Shown here piece after piece: positions 8,884 through 20,014 of a DNA stretch of 64,000 nt. The position numbers and the translations under genes are program-made. The DNA lies in the NCBI GenBank assembly GCA_964563515.1, contig CAZLYT010000716.1:29451-93450 (forward strand), given 5' to 3'. The notes beneath the pieces are model-generated. The model was not told the origin of the DNA and did not search any database. It saw only the letters and a list, made by a program, of their open reading frames with translations. Each line of letters opens with the position of its first letter. Position 1 is the first letter of the stretch. Source of the DNA: an uncultured Candidatus Competibacteraceae bacterium (GTDB lineage: Bacteria > Pseudomonadota > Gammaproteobacteria > Competibacterales > JAHEDQ01).

Positions 8884-11574
8884 TCACGAGGCCGCCGCAC
8901 GCTCTCCGTCCAACTCTTCCACCAGTGCCTCACGGATGCGCTCGCGAACCGTGGCGTCCCGGTACGGGCGGTTGTCGCTGTCGGTGACGAAGAACACATC
9001 CTCGGCGCGCTCACCCAGGGTGGCGATGCGGGCGTTGTGGATGCGCACCCCCAGGTTACGGAACACCCAGCCCACCCGAGACAGCAAGCCCGGCCGGTCC
9101 GCGGTCATGAGCTCCAAGACAGTGCGCCCCAGGGCGTCGACGCCGGCAAAAGATACCGTGGTCGGGGTCCGGAAGTGGCGCAGTCGTCGCGACGGCCGCC
9201 GGCTGGGCTCAGGCGGCGGGCCATGGGCTTGGTTCAGCTCCCGGCGGAGCCGATCGACGATGGCCCGGATGCGGGCCCGCTCCAGGATCGGCTCCCCATC
9301 GGCTTCGAGCACGGTGTAGGTGTCGAGGGTGAAGCCGCTGGCGGCGGTCAGAATACGGGCGTCCACCACCGTCAGCCCGAGCTGATCCAGCACTGCGGTG
9401 GTGGTGGCGAACAACGTGTCGCGATTACGCTTGTAGATGAAGATCTGGGTGCCGCTGGGCTCTGCCCTGGCCAGCACCAGGGCTCGGTCGTCGGCGGCCT
9501 TCTTCAGCACCGCGCGAGTGTGCCAGGCGATCTCCTCGGGATTGTGGCGCAGGAAGTAGTCCCCGGTGAAATCCTCCCAGGCCAGCTCGATGCGGCCCCG
9601 ATCGATTCCCTTGCGCTCCAGCAGCACCAGCGCCAGGGTCTGGGTCTCGCGAATACGCTCTTCCCGGTCCACCGGGCTTTCCAGTCCCTGGCGCATGCTG
9701 CGGCGAGTGGCCTCGTAGAGCTCGCGCAGCAGCGAGTCGCGCCAGGAGTTCCACAGCTTTGGATTGGTGGCGCGGATGTCGGCGACGGTGAGCAAGTAGA
9801 GGTGGTTGAGGTACAGCAGATCTCCCACCCGCTTGGCGAAGTCATGCACCACCTGGGGATCGTTGATGTCTTTCTTCTGCGCGGTGAGGGACATCAGCAG
9901 GTGGTTTTGCACCAGCCACACCACCAGGCGGGTATCGAACTGGGACAGGCCGTGGCGACGGCAGAAGGTTCTCGCGTCCACCGCCCCAAGCTCCGAGTGG
10001 TCGCCGGCACGCCCCTTGGCGATGTCGTGGTAGAGGGCAGCTATGTAGAGCAGGTGTGGCTTGGGTACGCGCTGCATCAGGGCGCTGCACTGGGGCATCT
10101 CCGCGGCATGCTTGGGGAGATAGAAGCGGCGCAGGTTGCGCACCACAAACAAGGTATGTTGATCCACCGTGTAGACGTGGAACAGGTCGTACTGCATGCG
10201 GCCGAGGATTTGGCCGAACTCGGGCAGGTAGGCGCCCAGAATGCCGTAGGCGTTCATCCGCCGAAGCTCGTGGGTAATGCCCTGGCGCTGGCGCAGGATC
10301 TCCATGAACAAGCTGGTGGCGCGGACGTCGTGGCGGAAACGGTCGTCGATGAGGTGCTTGTGCTCGCGGATCAGGCGAATGGTGGAAGCCCTTACGCCTT
10401 TCAGCTCCGGGTGCTGGGCCAGCTGCAGGAACACCTCCAGCAGCGCGAACGGGTAACGCCGGAAAATGTTGCTGCTGGTCGCCTCGATGTAGCCGCGGCG
10501 GACCTGAAAACGCTTGTTCAGCGGCACTGGATCTCCAGGCTCACCGCCGAGCAGGATGGCTTCCTCGAACAGCTGCAGCAGCATCTCGTTGAGCCGCGAC
10601 AGCTGCATGATCGAGCGGTAGTAGCGCTGCATGAACTGCTCGATCGCCAGATTGTGGGGGCCGTCGCGGTAGCCGAACTCCACCGCTATTTGGCGTTGGT
10701 AGTCGAACAGCAGCCGATCCTCGCGGCGCCCGGTGAGGGTGTGCAGGGCGAACCTCACTCGCCACAAGAAGTTCTGGCCTGCCACCAGCTCCTGATATTC
10801 GGTTTCGGTGAGAAAACCGTGGGACACCAAGTCGTGCAGTGTTTCCGCACCGAAGTGACGCTTGGCAACCCAGCCGATGGTCTGGATGTCGCGCAGCGAG
10901 CCGGGACCCTCTTTTACGTTGGGCTCGAGATTGTAGGCAGTGTCGTGGAAGCGCTGATGGCGCCGGGCCTGCTCCTGACGCTTGGCCTCGAAAAAGGCCG
11001 CCGTCGGCCAGATCGCGTCCGGCCCGGTTTGCGTGCGCATGGTCTGGAATAGCTGGTCGGGACCCGCCAGCAGGCGCGCTTCCATCAGGTTGGTGGCCAC
11101 CGTGACGTCGGCACGTCCCTGGGCTTCGCAGTCTTGCGGAGTACGCACGCTCTGGCCCACCTCGATGCCCACGTCCCAGAGAAAAGTCAAGAAGGCGCTG
11201 ATGGGGCTCTGGTGCTGAGTCAGCGCCTGGTCGCTCGAGCCCAGCACCATCAGGTCCACGTCGGAGCCCGGATGCAGCTCGCCGCGTCCGTAGCCCCCCA
11301 CCGCCACCAGCGCCAACTGGTCCGTAACCGGTATCAAGCGGCGCCAGGCGCGGACGATGAGCTGGTCCATGAGCCGGGCTCGAGCCGGCACCAGCTCGGC
11401 GGCGCTAAGGCCGCGGTAAAACAGCTCACGAAGTCGCTCGGTGCCGCGCTGGAGCGCCTCCCGAAACACGCCCAAGGGTGCCTCGCCGTTGGCCAGCCGC
11501 TGGTCGAGGTGGGCTGACTCGAGAATGTCCTGGTCGTTGTAGGGCACAGCGCGAATGACGGTGGGGACGTTCAT
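8884..11574 (-). CDS. glnD: Bifunctional [protein-PII] uridylyltransferase/uridylyl-removing enzyme
   Basis: 896 aa with nucleotidyltransferase motif [18 protein letters not shown], a central HD domain and two C-terminal ACT-like domains. Confidence 0.93.
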   Translation of the reverse strand: MNVPTVIRAVPYNDQDILESAHLDQRLANGEAPLGVFREALQRGTERLRELFYRGLSAAELVPARARLMDQLIVRAWRRLIPVTDQLALVAVGGYGRGELHPGSDVDLMVLGSSDQALTQHQSPISAFLTFLWDVGIEVGQSVRTPQDCEAQGRADVTVATNLMEARLLAGPDQLFQTMRTQTGPDAIWPTAAFFEAKRQEQARRHQRFHDTAYNLEPNVKEGPGSLRDIQTIGWVAKRHFGAETLHDLVSHGFLTETEYQELVAGQNFLWRVRFALHTLTGRREDRLLFDYQRQIAVEFGYRDGPHNLAIEQFMQRYYRSIMQLSRLNEMLLQLFEEAILLGGEPGDPVPLNKRFQVRRGYIEATSSNIFRRYPFALLEVFLQLAQHPELKGVRASTIRLIREHKHLIDDRFRHDVRATSLFMEILRQRQGITHELRRMNAYGILGAYLPEFGQILGRMQYDLFHVYTVDQHTLFVVRNLRRFYLPKHAAEMPQCSALMQRVPKPHLLYIAALYHDIAKGRAGDHSELGAVDARTFCRRHGLSQFDTRLVVWLVQNHLLMSLTAQKKDINDPQVVHDFAKRVGDLLYLNHLYLLTVADIRATNPKLWNSWRDSLLRELYEATRRSMRQGLESPVDREERIRETQTLALVLLERKGIDRGRIELAWEDFTGDYFLRHNPEEIAWHTRAVLKKAADDRALVLARAEPSGTQIFIYKRNRDTLFATTTAVLDQLGLTVVDARILTAASGFTLDTYTVLEADGEPILERARIRAIVDRLRRELNQAHGPPPEPSRRPSRRLRHFRTPTTVSFAGVDALGRTVLELMTADRPGLLSRVGWVFRNLGVRIHNARIATLGERAEDVFFVTDSDNRPYRDATVRERIREALVEELDGERAAAS

Positions 11575-11596
11575 GGTAAGCGCGTGCCGAGGATTG

Positions 11597-12364
11597 CTAC
11601 AGTGGTCGCAACGGGCTGTGGGTGAGTATCTCGAAGCCCTTCTCGGTGACCAGGACGGTGTGCTCCCACTGGGCGCTGAGACTGTGGTCCTTGGTGACCA
11701 CGGTCCACCCGTCGGGCAGCAACCGGGTATCGCGCTTACCCAGGTTGATCATGGGCTCGATGGTGAAGGTCATCCCAGGCTCCAAGGCAAGGCCGGTGCC
11801 GGGCTTGCCGTAGTGCAAAACCTGGGGATCTTCGTGAAACTCGCGGCCAATGCCATGGCCACAGTATTCGCGCACCACGGAGCAGCCCTGGGACTCCGCA
11901 TACTGCTGAATGGTGTGGCCAATGTCACCCAGTTGCACTCCCGGCTCGACCCGCTCGATACCTCGTTTCATGCACTCGTAGGCGATATCGATAATGCGCT
12001 GGCCGGCCACCGTGGGCTTGCCTACCTGAAACATGCAGCTGGTGTCACCGTGGTAGCCCGCCTTGATGACGGTGATGTCGATGTTGATGATGTCACCGGA
12101 TTTGAGCCGCTTGTCTCCCGGAATGCCATGGCAAACTACGTGGTTGACCGAAGTACAGATGGACTTGGGAAAGCCTCGGTAATTCAGCGGGGCGGGTATG
12201 GCGTCCAGCTCCTCGACGATATAGCGGTGACAGATCTGATCGAGCTCTTGCGTGGTCACGCCGGGTTGAGCGTGCTCGCCGATCATATCGAGCACGCCGG
12301 CTGCCAGGCGGCCGGCCGCCCGCATCTTCTCAATCTCTTCCGAATTCTTGATGCTGACGGCCAT
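11597..12364 (-). CDS. map: Type I methionine aminopeptidase
   Basis: N-terminus MAVSIKNSEEIEKMRAAGRLAA, plus NHVVCHGIPG and the conserved metal-ligand pattern. Internal ATG at 12362-12364 chosen, giving 255 aa. Confidence 0.93.
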   Translation of the reverse strand: MAVSIKNSEEIEKMRAAGRLAAGVLDMIGEHAQPGVTTQELDQICHRYIVEELDAIPAPLNYRGFPKSICTSVNHVVCHGIPGDKRLKSGDIINIDITVIKAGYHGDTSCMFQVGKPTVAGQRIIDIAYECMKRGIERVEPGVQLGDIGHTIQQYAESQGCSVVREYCGHGIGREFHEDPQVLHYGKPGTGLALEPGMTFTIEPMINLGKRDTRLLPDGWTVVTKDHSLSAQWEHTVLVTEKGFEILTHSPLRPL

Positions 12365-12489
12365 GGCTCGCAAGTGGGCTCGAATGGCAGCCACGATACG
12401 GCTGCAGGAGGTGACGTGGCGTCGGGGTGTCGGGTTACGGTTGAGCCCTATGACCGCTTCGCCGCCGCGTTGTTGCGCAAAGCGCCCTA

Positions 12490-12615
12490 TGCTATAAAGC
12501 GCCCGCCTTCGAGGCAAATACGCACACCCGCCGACACGGTTGACGGGGTGCCCGCCACGGCGGGTCGTCGACTGGGGCGTGTGGAGGCTCAACCCCATTT
12601 TTTCCAGGAGGGACC
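12490..12615 (+). promoter_or_regulatory. Candidate rpsB promoter (extended -10 TGcTATAAA) and structured 5' leader
   Basis: TG-C-TATAAA lies at 12490-12498. The ~110-nt leader contains GC hairpins (CCCGCC..GGCGGG). A TGGGG-N15-CCCCA stem at 12573-12597 is followed by TTTTTT (12598-12603), just before AGGAGG (12606-12611) and ATG 12616. Confidence 0.4.
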
Positions 12616-13383
<768 letters not shown>

Positions 13384-13393
13384 CAGTATTTCC

Positions 13394-13436
13394 GCGCACG
13401 CCACCGGTCGTTGCAACGACCGGTGGCGTAGTGCGC
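13394..13436 (+). terminator. Long GC-rich stem-loop between rpsB and tsf (attenuator/partial-terminator type, no U-tract)
   Basis: GCGCAC-GCCACCGGTCGTT-GC-AACGACCGGTGGC-gta-GTGCGC. The core is a near-perfect 14-bp palindrome with a further 6-bp outer stem. Confidence 0.45.
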
Positions 13437-13461
13437 CGATTGCCAACGAGGTAAATGACAA

Positions 13462-14346
13462 ATGGCAGAGATCACCGCGGCGCAGGTGAAGGAGCTGCGC
13501 GAGCGCACCGGTGCTGGAATGATGGAGTGCAAGCGTGCCTTGGTGGAGACCGGGGGCGATCTGGACGCAGCGATCGAGCACATGCGCAAGTCCGGGTTGG
13601 CCAAGGCCGACAAGAAGGCCGGTCGCATCGCCGCCGAAGGCCTCGTCGTACTGGCGAGTGCCGATGACGGTCGCAGTGCGGCCCTGGTCGAAGTCAACAG
13701 CGAGACCGATTTTGTTTCGCGTAACGAAGATTTCCAAGCCTTCGCCCAGCGCGTGGGCGAGTTGGTGCTGGAGGCCGATCCGGCCGACCTCGAGCAGCTC
13801 GCAGGGACCACCATTGAGGGGGAGCAAAGCGTCGACGCCGCCCGCCGCGAGCTGATCGCGAAGATCGGGGAAAACATCGGCGTCCGGCGTTTCGCCCGCC
13901 TGCAGAGCGATGCCGGTCTGGTCGCAGGCTACTTGCACGGTGGTCGTATAGGCGTGCTGGTGGAGCTCGAGGGCGGCGACCAGACCCTGGCCAAGGATAT
14001 TGCCATGCATATTGCAGCCAGTCGTCCCGCCTACCTTGAGCCGGATCAAGTCCCAGCCGACGAGGTCGCCAAGGAGAAGGAGATCTTGATGGCCCAGGCC
14101 CGGGATTCGGGCAAGCCCGAGAATATTATCGAGAAGATGGTGGAAGGGCGGCTGCGCAAGTATCTGGGCGAGATCACTCTGCTCGGCCAACTTTTCGTGA
14201 AGGACCCGGATCAGACCGTGGAGAAGCTGCTGGCGAGCCACGGTGCCAAGGTAAGGCGCTTTCTGCGCTTGGAGCTGGGCGAAGGGATCGAGCGCAAAGC
14301 GGAGAACTTCGCCGAAGAGGTTATGGCCCAGGTTCGAGGTCAGTGA
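13462..14346 (+). CDS. tsf: Translation elongation factor Ts
   Basis: 294 aa, [27 protein letters not shown] (UBA-like N-terminus of EF-Ts). Confidence 0.97.
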   Translation: MAEITAAQVKELRERTGAGMMECKRALVETGGDLDAAIEHMRKSGLAKADKKAGRIAAEGLVVLASADDGRSAALVEVNSETDFVSRNEDFQAFAQRVGELVLEADPADLEQLAGTTIEGEQSVDAARRELIAKIGENIGVRRFARLQSDAGLVAGYLHGGRIGVLVELEGGDQTLAKDIAMHIAASRPAYLEPDQVPADEVAKEKEILMAQARDSGKPENIIEKMVEGRLRKYLGEITLLGQLFVKDPDQTVEKLLASHGAKVRRFLRLELGEGIERKAENFAEEVMAQVRGQ

Positions 14347-14353
14347 ATTCATT

Positions 14354-14381
14354 CCCGGGCGCGGCTGACGCTGCGCCCGGG
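14354..14381 (+). terminator. Stem-loop after tsf (CCCGGGCGC-N10-GCGCCCGGG)
   Basis: Perfect 9-bp GC stem 8 nt after the tsf stop. A second hairpin, GCGCTCC-N7-GGAGCGC, lies at 14394-14414. No clear U-tract. Confidence 0.4.
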
Positions 14382-14393
14382 CCTCTGTAGAAT
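14365..14393 (+). promoter_or_regulatory. Candidate sigma70 promoter for pyrH
   Basis: CTGACG (14365-14370), a 17-nt spacer, then TAGAAT (14388-14393). It lies 42 nt upstream of the pyrH ATG and is partly embedded in the tsf terminator hairpin. Confidence 0.3.
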
Positions 14394-14434
14394 GCGCTCC
14401 GGGCCCGGGAGCGCCGTGGCGGTCACAATCCGAA

Positions 14435-15160
14435 ATGCCTGAGCACGATCCCCATTATCGCCGTATCTTGTTGAAGCTGAGCGGCGAGGTGCTCATGGGG
14501 CAGGCGGATTTCGGAATCGATCCCAGGACCATCGAGCGGCTCGCGAAGGAAGTCGCAGAGGTCACCAAGCTCGGTGTTCAGGTGGGGCTCGTCATCGGCG
14601 GTGGCAACATTTTTCGCGGCGCCGGTCTTGCCGAGTCGGGCATCGACCGAGTAACCGCGGACCACATGGGCATGCTGGCGACGGTGATGAACTCCCTGGC
14701 CATGCAGGACGCGCTCGAACGTCAGGGGGTTTACGCGCGGGTCATGTCGGCCATTCGAATTCAAGAAGTATGCGAAGACTACATCCGTCGCCGTGCAGTG
14801 CGTCATCTGGAGAAGGGACGGGTGGTCGTGCTGGCTGCCGGCACCGACAATCCTTTCTTCACTACCGACTCGGCTGCCAGCTTGCGCGCCATCGAGATCG
14901 GGGCGGACGTCATGCTGAAAGGTACCAAGGTGGACGGCATCTATACCGCAGACCCCTTCAAAGACGAGTCAGCGGAGCGTTACAATACAGTCACATATGA
15001 TGAAGCTTTAAGACGAGATCTGAAGGTGATGGACGCGACCGCGATCGTGCTTTGTCGGGACAATGATCTACCACTGAAAGTATTCGACGTGACCCGCCCC
15101 GGCGCGATTGTTCGTGCCGCGCGGGGCGACGACGTGGGAACGACCGTGGTTCGAGGGTAG
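14435..15160 (+). CDS. pyrH: UMP kinase
   Basis: 241 aa, [13 protein letters not shown] and GGGNIFRG motifs. Confidence 0.95.
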   Translation: MPEHDPHYRRILLKLSGEVLMGQADFGIDPRTIERLAKEVAEVTKLGVQVGLVIGGGNIFRGAGLAESGIDRVTADHMGMLATVMNSLAMQDALERQGVYARVMSAIRIQEVCEDYIRRRAVRHLEKGRVVVLAAGTDNPFFTTDSAASLRAIEIGADVMLKGTKVDGIYTADPFKDESAERYNTVTYDEALRRDLKVMDATAIVLCRDNDLPLKVFDVTRPGAIVRAARGDDVGTTVVRG

Positions 15161-15167
15161 CGCCGTC

Positions 15168-15725
15168 ATGATCAACGAAATCAGGAAAGACGCCAAGGTC
15201 CGCATGCACAAGAGCGTGGAGAGCCTGCAACACGAGCTCACCAAGCTGCGCACTGGGCGCGCCCATCCTAGCCTGCTCGATCACATCCATGTGGATTACT
15301 ACGGCAGCAGCGTGCCCCTCAATCAGGTGGCCAACATCACCGTGACCGACTCCCGCACACTATCCATCTCCCCGTGGGAGAAGCGCATGGTACAGGCGAT
15401 CGAGAAAGCGATCCTCACCTCCGACCTAGGGCTCAATCCGGCCACCGCTGGTGAGGTCATCCGGCTGCCGCTACCAGCGCTGAGCGAGGAGCGCCGACGC
15501 GAGCTGGTCAAGGTCATGCGACACGAGGGCGAGGGCGCCAGGGTTGCCATCAGAAACATCCGTCGCGACGCCAACAATCACCTCAAAGACCTGCTCAGGG
15601 ATAAGGAGATCGGGGAGGATCAGCTGCATAGGGCTGAGGAGGAGATCCAGAAACTCACCGACGAGGCCATTGCCGAGGTGGACCAACTGCTCGACCGCAA
15701 GGAAGAGGAGTTGATGACGATCTGA
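15168..15725 (+). CDS. frr: Ribosome recycling factor
   Basis: Internal ATG at 15168 gives 185 aa, [38 protein letters not shown]. The ORF-track start at 15108 overlaps pyrH. Confidence 0.95.
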   Translation: MINEIRKDAKVRMHKSVESLQHELTKLRTGRAHPSLLDHIHVDYYGSSVPLNQVANITVTDSRTLSISPWEKRMVQAIEKAILTSDLGLNPATAGEVIRLPLPALSEERRRELVKVMRHEGEGARVAIRNIRRDANNHLKDLLRDKEIGEDQLHRAEEEIQKLTDEAIAEVDQLLDRKEEELMTI

Positions 15726-15803
15726 CCACGGATCGCACTGGAGCCTTGGCAGGCGAGGGCCCGGTAGGAGTTGGCCCCACTAGAAGCTGACACGGGAGCC
15801 GTT

Positions 15804-16565
15804 TTGTCAGGGGACTGCAGCACGCACACCGGAATTGCACGTGTTCCCCGCCATGTCGCCATCGTCATGGACGGCAATGGCCGCTGGGCGACGCGGCGGG
15901 GCCTGCCCCGCACCGCCGGCCACCGCGAAGGGGTCAAAGCGGTACGACGCACCGTGGAGCACTGCGCCCACCTTGGCGTGGGAGCGCTGACTCTGTTTGC
16001 GTTCAGTAGCGAGAACTGGCGCCGGCCCCAAGGTGAGGTGACCTTGTTGATGAGCCTGTTTCTCACCACGTTGCGCAGCGAGACCCGTCGACTAATGGAG
16101 AACAACGTCCGCTTGCGCTGTATCGGCGACCGCAGCGCATTCTCGGAGAGGCTGCAGCGGTCCATATCCCAGGCGGAACGCGAGACCACCCAATGTACCG
16201 GCCTCGACTTGGTGATCGCGGTCAACTACGGCGGGCGCTGGGACATCGCCCAGGCTGCGAGGCAGCTTGCCCAGCAGGTAGCGAGGGGCTTGTTGTCACC
16301 CGAGGAGATCGACGCGGATCTTTTCGGTCGCCACGCCAGCCTGGCCGATCTGCCCGAACCCGATCTGTTCATTCGAACTGGAGGCGACCACCGGGTCAGC
16401 AACTTCCTCTTGTGGCAGCTTGCCTATACCGAGCTTTTCTTCAGCGAGCAGCTCTGGCCGGACTTCGACCAGGCCTCGCTGGAAGAGGCCTTTGCCGACT
16501 TTGCCCGACGCCAGCGCCGATTCGGCCGCACCGCCGAGCAACTCAGCGGCAAGGTCGATGCTTAG
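15804..16565 (+). CDS. uppS: Ditrans,polycis-undecaprenyl-diphosphate synthase
   Basis: HVAIVMDGNGRWA motif. Start chosen at TTG 15804, with GGGAG 5 nt upstream. The ORF-track start at TTG 15771 is also possible. Confidence 0.9.
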   Translation: MSGDCSTHTGIARVPRHVAIVMDGNGRWATRRGLPRTAGHREGVKAVRRTVEHCAHLGVGALTLFAFSSENWRRPQGEVTLLMSLFLTTLRSETRRLMENNVRLRCIGDRSAFSERLQRSISQAERETTQCTGLDLVIAVNYGGRWDIAQAARQLAQQVARGLLSPEEIDADLFGRHASLADLPEPDLFIRTGGDHRVSNFLLWQLAYTELFFSEQLWPDFDQASLEEAFADFARRQRRFGRTAEQLSGKVDA

Positions 16566-17376
16566 AAAGCGGATAATTACCGCGCTGATAACCGGCAGCC
16601 TTTTGGTAGCAGCCATCCTCGGCCTCGCAACTCCGGCGTTTGCTCTGCTGATGGCGTTGCTACTGGCAGTGGGCGGCTGGGAATGGGCCGCGCTAGGCGG
16701 TCTGCAGGAGCCTTCTTCGCGCGCCCTCTACGCCGCCGGCAGCCTGCTGGGCATGGGGCTATTGTGGTCACTGCCTGATCGAGAAACCACGCTGACGCTG
16801 CTTGTGACCATTGGCTGCGTGTTCTGGATGTACGCCCTGTGGCGGGTATTTCGCTTCGCCCAGGCGCCACTCGAACATGACCGGCGAAGCACCTTGCTGA
16901 TCTATGGACTGATGGTTTTGGTGCCCTGTTGGGCCGGGTTGGTTCAACTACATGGTCGAGGTCCATCTGGTCCGATGGCGGTGCTACTGCTGCTGGTATT
17001 GGTGTGGGCAGCCGACACTGGGGCCTACTTCGCAGGACGACGGCTCGGCCGGCACAAGCTGGCACCCACGGTGAGCCCAGGCAAAACCACCGAGGGGGTC
17101 TGGGGTGGACTGTTGGCTGCAACCATCGGTGCGCTTTTGGGGTCTCTGCCTTTGGGAATCGGTGCGGCCGGGCTGATACCCTTCTTGGTGCTTTGCCTGG
17201 CTACAGTGAGCATATCGGTGCTGGGCGATCTGTTCGAAAGCATGGTGAAGCGACAACGCGGCGTGAAAGACAGCGGTAGTCTGCTGCCGGGCCACGGCGG
17301 TGTGCTGGACCGCATCGACAGCCTCACCGCTGCAGCGCCGCCATTTGCACTCGGCATGGCGTGGTTCCTGAAATGA
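16558..17376 (+). CDS. cdsA: Phosphatidate cytidylyltransferase
   Basis: Multi-TM protein with signature [31 protein letters not shown] 16558 overlaps the uppS 3' end, giving 272 aa. Confidence 0.93.
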   Translation: MLRKRIITALITGSLLVAAILGLATPAFALLMALLLAVGGWEWAALGGLQEPSSRALYAAGSLLGMGLLWSLPDRETTLTLLVTIGCVFWMYALWRVFRFAQAPLEHDRRSTLLIYGLMVLVPCWAGLVQLHGRGPSGPMAVLLLLVLVWAADTGAYFAGRRLGRHKLAPTVSPGKTTEGVWGGLLAATIGALLGSLPLGIGAAGLIPFLVLCLATVSISVLGDLFESMVKRQRGVKDSGSLLPGHGGVLDRIDSLTAAAPPFALGMAWFLK

Positions 17377-18584
17377 GTGAACCCAAATTCCGACGCTTGG
17401 CGATCCTGGGTTCAACCGGCTCCATTGGAGTCAGCACCCTCGATGTGGTGCGTCGGAATCCACAGAGCTTGCAGGTGGTTGCCCTATCAGCAAATGCCCA
17501 GGTAGAGCGCATGGTTCGGCAATGTCTGGAATTCCGACCGCGGCTTGCCGTCATGGGCAACCAGAGGGCCGCCCATCAGCTGAGAGCCGAGCTGAGAGCG
17601 CAGGGAGCGGGCGATATTCAGGTGGACGGCGGCGTAGAGGCGCTGGCCGCCCTTGCCGCCGACCCGGGCAGCGATACGGTCATGGCCGCCATCGTGGGTG
17701 CGGCCGGTTTGCTGCCAACACTGGCGGCAGCCCAAGCAGGCAAGCGCGTGCTGCTCGCCAACAAAGAAGCGCTGGTGATGTCGGGAGCGCTGTTCATGGA
17801 GGAAGTCCGCCGCCACGGCGCCGAGCTGCTTCCCATCGACAGCGAGCACAACGCCGTATTCCAGTGCTTGCCCACCAGCCGCCGCGGCGGCCTGGAAGAG
17901 ATGGGCGTGACCCAGATCATGCTCACCGCATCCGGGGGCCCATTTCGGGAGCTCGCCGCCGATCAACTGCCCCTGGTGACGCCGGAGCAAGCCTGCGCCC
18001 ATCCCAATTGGGAAATGGGCCGTAAGATATCGGTGGACTCGGCCACTCTGATGAACAAGGGTCTGGAGCTGATCGAGGCCTGTTGGCTGTTCGAGGCGCT
18101 CCCGAGCCAGGTTCGGGTCGTGCTGCATCCCCAAAGCGTCATCCACTCCCTGGTGGCCTACCAGGACGGATCGGTGTTGGCACAATTGGGCAATCCCGAT
18201 ATGCGAACGCCCATCGCCCATGCCCTGGCGTGGCCGGCACGAATCGACTCCGGCGTCGCCGTCCTCGACCTTCCAGCCGTGGCCAGACTGGATTTCGGCG
18301 AACCGGATCGGGTGCGTTTTCCTTGTCTCGAGCTTGCCGAAGTTGCCGCCGGTGCGGGAGGGGCGGCCCCTACGGTGCTGAATGCCGCCAATGAAATTGC
18401 CGTGGCTGCCTTCCTCGAACGCAGAATTCGCTTCACAAGCATTCCAGAAGTGATTGAAAAAACGATGTCTGAATTCCCATCACCCAGCGCACCGGAACTA
18501 GAAGGCGTACTCGCGCTCGATCGTGAAGCACGCGCCTGCGCCGCTGCTTGGGTAGCACGGCAAGCCCAGGAGGTATCGGCTTGA
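17373..18584 (+). CDS. dxr: 1-deoxy-D-xylulose 5-phosphate reductoisomerase
   Basis: [16 protein letters not shown]-binding motif. ATGA overlap with the cdsA stop. Confidence 0.95.
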   Translation: MSEPKFRRLAILGSTGSIGVSTLDVVRRNPQSLQVVALSANAQVERMVRQCLEFRPRLAVMGNQRAAHQLRAELRAQGAGDIQVDGGVEALAALAADPGSDTVMAAIVGAAGLLPTLAAAQAGKRVLLANKEALVMSGALFMEEVRRHGAELLPIDSEHNAVFQCLPTSRRGGLEEMGVTQIMLTASGGPFRELAADQLPLVTPEQACAHPNWEMGRKISVDSATLMNKGLELIEACWLFEALPSQVRVVLHPQSVIHSLVAYQDGSVLAQLGNPDMRTPIAHALAWPARIDSGVAVLDLPAVARLDFGEPDRVRFPCLELAEVAAGAGGAAPTVLNAANEIAVAAFLERRIRFTSIPEVIEKTMSEFPSPSAPELEGVLALDREARACAAAWVARQAQEVSA

Positions 18585-19945
18585 ACGGGGCCCTGATGTC
18601 CATCCTCGGGCTGGCGGTCACCTTGGGACTGCTCATCACGGTCCACGAGTTCGGTCATTTCTGGGTGGCTAGAAGGGTCGGAGTCAAGGTGCTCCGATTC
18701 TCGGTGGGCTTCGGCAAGCCTCTGTGGCTGCGACGCTTTGGTGCCGATCGCACCGAGTTCGTGGTGGCGGCCCTGCCACTGGGCGGCTATGTGCGAATGC
18801 TGGACGAGCGCGAGGGAGACGTGACACCGGAGGAGGCCAATCGCGCCTTCAACCGCCAACCGGTGGGCGCGAGAATCGCCGTGGCCGCTGCCGGTCCAGC
18901 GGCCAATTTCCTTTTTGCCATCGCAGCTTATGCCCTGATGTTCGTTATCGGTGTGAACGGGCTGCGGCCCCTGATCGATGAGCCGCCGGCGGGTAGCCAA
19001 GCCGCCGTAGCTGGGTTTCAGGGCGGTGACGAGATTGTGGCGGTGGGCGACAGCCGGGTACAGACCTGGAGCGAGGCGGCACTGGCGCTGCTGGACCAAG
19101 GGCTGGACTCCGAGGGTGCCCGAGTGCTGGTTCGCGACCAGCAGGGGCGGGAGCGGGAGCGCCAGATCCGCCTGGACAGCTTGGGTGACGAAGGCGCCGG
19201 TGGCAGTCTGGAGGCCATTGGACTGCGTCCTTGGAATCCGCCCATTCCACCGGTGGTGGACCGATTGCGCGAGGGAGGCGCTGGCGCGCGGGCCGGACTG
19301 CAGGCCGGGGACCGCATTGTCAACGCGGACGGTGAGCCAGTCGAAGATTGGCGTAGCTGGGCCGACTACGTGCGCACGCGCCCGGAGGTGCCGATTCGGG
19401 TCGAGGTGGCCCGCGATGGCGACCGCTTGGCGCTGACCGTCATCCCGGCCCGAGAGCCCGGCGAGGCCGGAGACTTCGGATTGATCGGTGCCTACGCGCG
19501 GGTGCCCGAGGATTTCCAACAGCAGCTAACCGTGACGGTTCGACACGGTCCCCTGGCTGCTCTGGCCGCCGGTGCGGAGCGCACCTGGGATATGTCTGTG
19601 TTCACGCTGCGGATGCTGGGACGCATGTTGATTGGGCAGGCGAGCCTGCAGAATCTCAGCGGTCCCATCACCATCGCCCAGTTCGCTGGTCAAACCGCCA
19701 GCGCCGGCCTGACGGCATTCCTGGCTTTCCTGGCACTGATCAGCGTCAGCCTGGGAGTGCTCAATCTGCTACCCGTGCCAGTTTTGGATGGGGGACACCT
19801 GCTGTACTACTTTATTGAGGCCGTACGGGGCAGTCCCCTGTCGGAATCCGTTCAGGCCGCGGGCCAGCGAGTGGGACTGGCCATACTCCTGATGCTGATG
19901 GGGCTGGCATTCTTCAACGATATAACTCGCCTGCTCGGCAGTTAG
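18581..19945 (+). CDS. rseP: RIP zinc metalloprotease RseP (site-2 protease)
   Basis: HEFGHF zinc motif near the N-terminus, PDZ region and C-terminal LDGG motif. Start placed at TTG 18581 (TTGA overlap with the dxr stop, AGGAGG 7 nt upstream). An alternative ATG is at 18596. Confidence 0.92.
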   Translation: MNGALMSILGLAVTLGLLITVHEFGHFWVARRVGVKVLRFSVGFGKPLWLRRFGADRTEFVVAALPLGGYVRMLDEREGDVTPEEANRAFNRQPVGARIAVAAAGPAANFLFAIAAYALMFVIGVNGLRPLIDEPPAGSQAAVAGFQGGDEIVAVGDSRVQTWSEAALALLDQGLDSEGARVLVRDQQGRERERQIRLDSLGDEGAGGSLEAIGLRPWNPPIPPVVDRLREGGAGARAGLQAGDRIVNADGEPVEDWRSWADYVRTRPEVPIRVEVARDGDRLALTVIPAREPGEAGDFGLIGAYARVPEDFQQQLTVTVRHGPLAALAAGAERTWDMSVFTLRMLGRMLIGQASLQNLSGPITIAQFAGQTASAGLTAFLAFLALISVSLGVLNLLPVPVLDGGHLLYYFIEAVRGSPLSESVQAAGQRVGLAILLMLMGLAFFNDITRLLGS

Positions 19946-19996
19946 GGAGACGCTGATCGATCCCTGCGGCACGTACGGATCGATCAGCGTCTACCC
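19945..19996 (+). repeat. Stop-codon-anchored palindromic element, copy A (16-bp perfect stem)
   Basis: GGG-AGACGCTGATCGATCC-ctgcggcacgtac-GGATCGATCAGCGTCT-a-CCC. The first G is the last base of the rseP TAG stop. Homologous to the element at 54628-54679. Confidence 0.7.
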
Positions 19997-20014
19997 AACC
20001 ACCAAAGAGAACGG

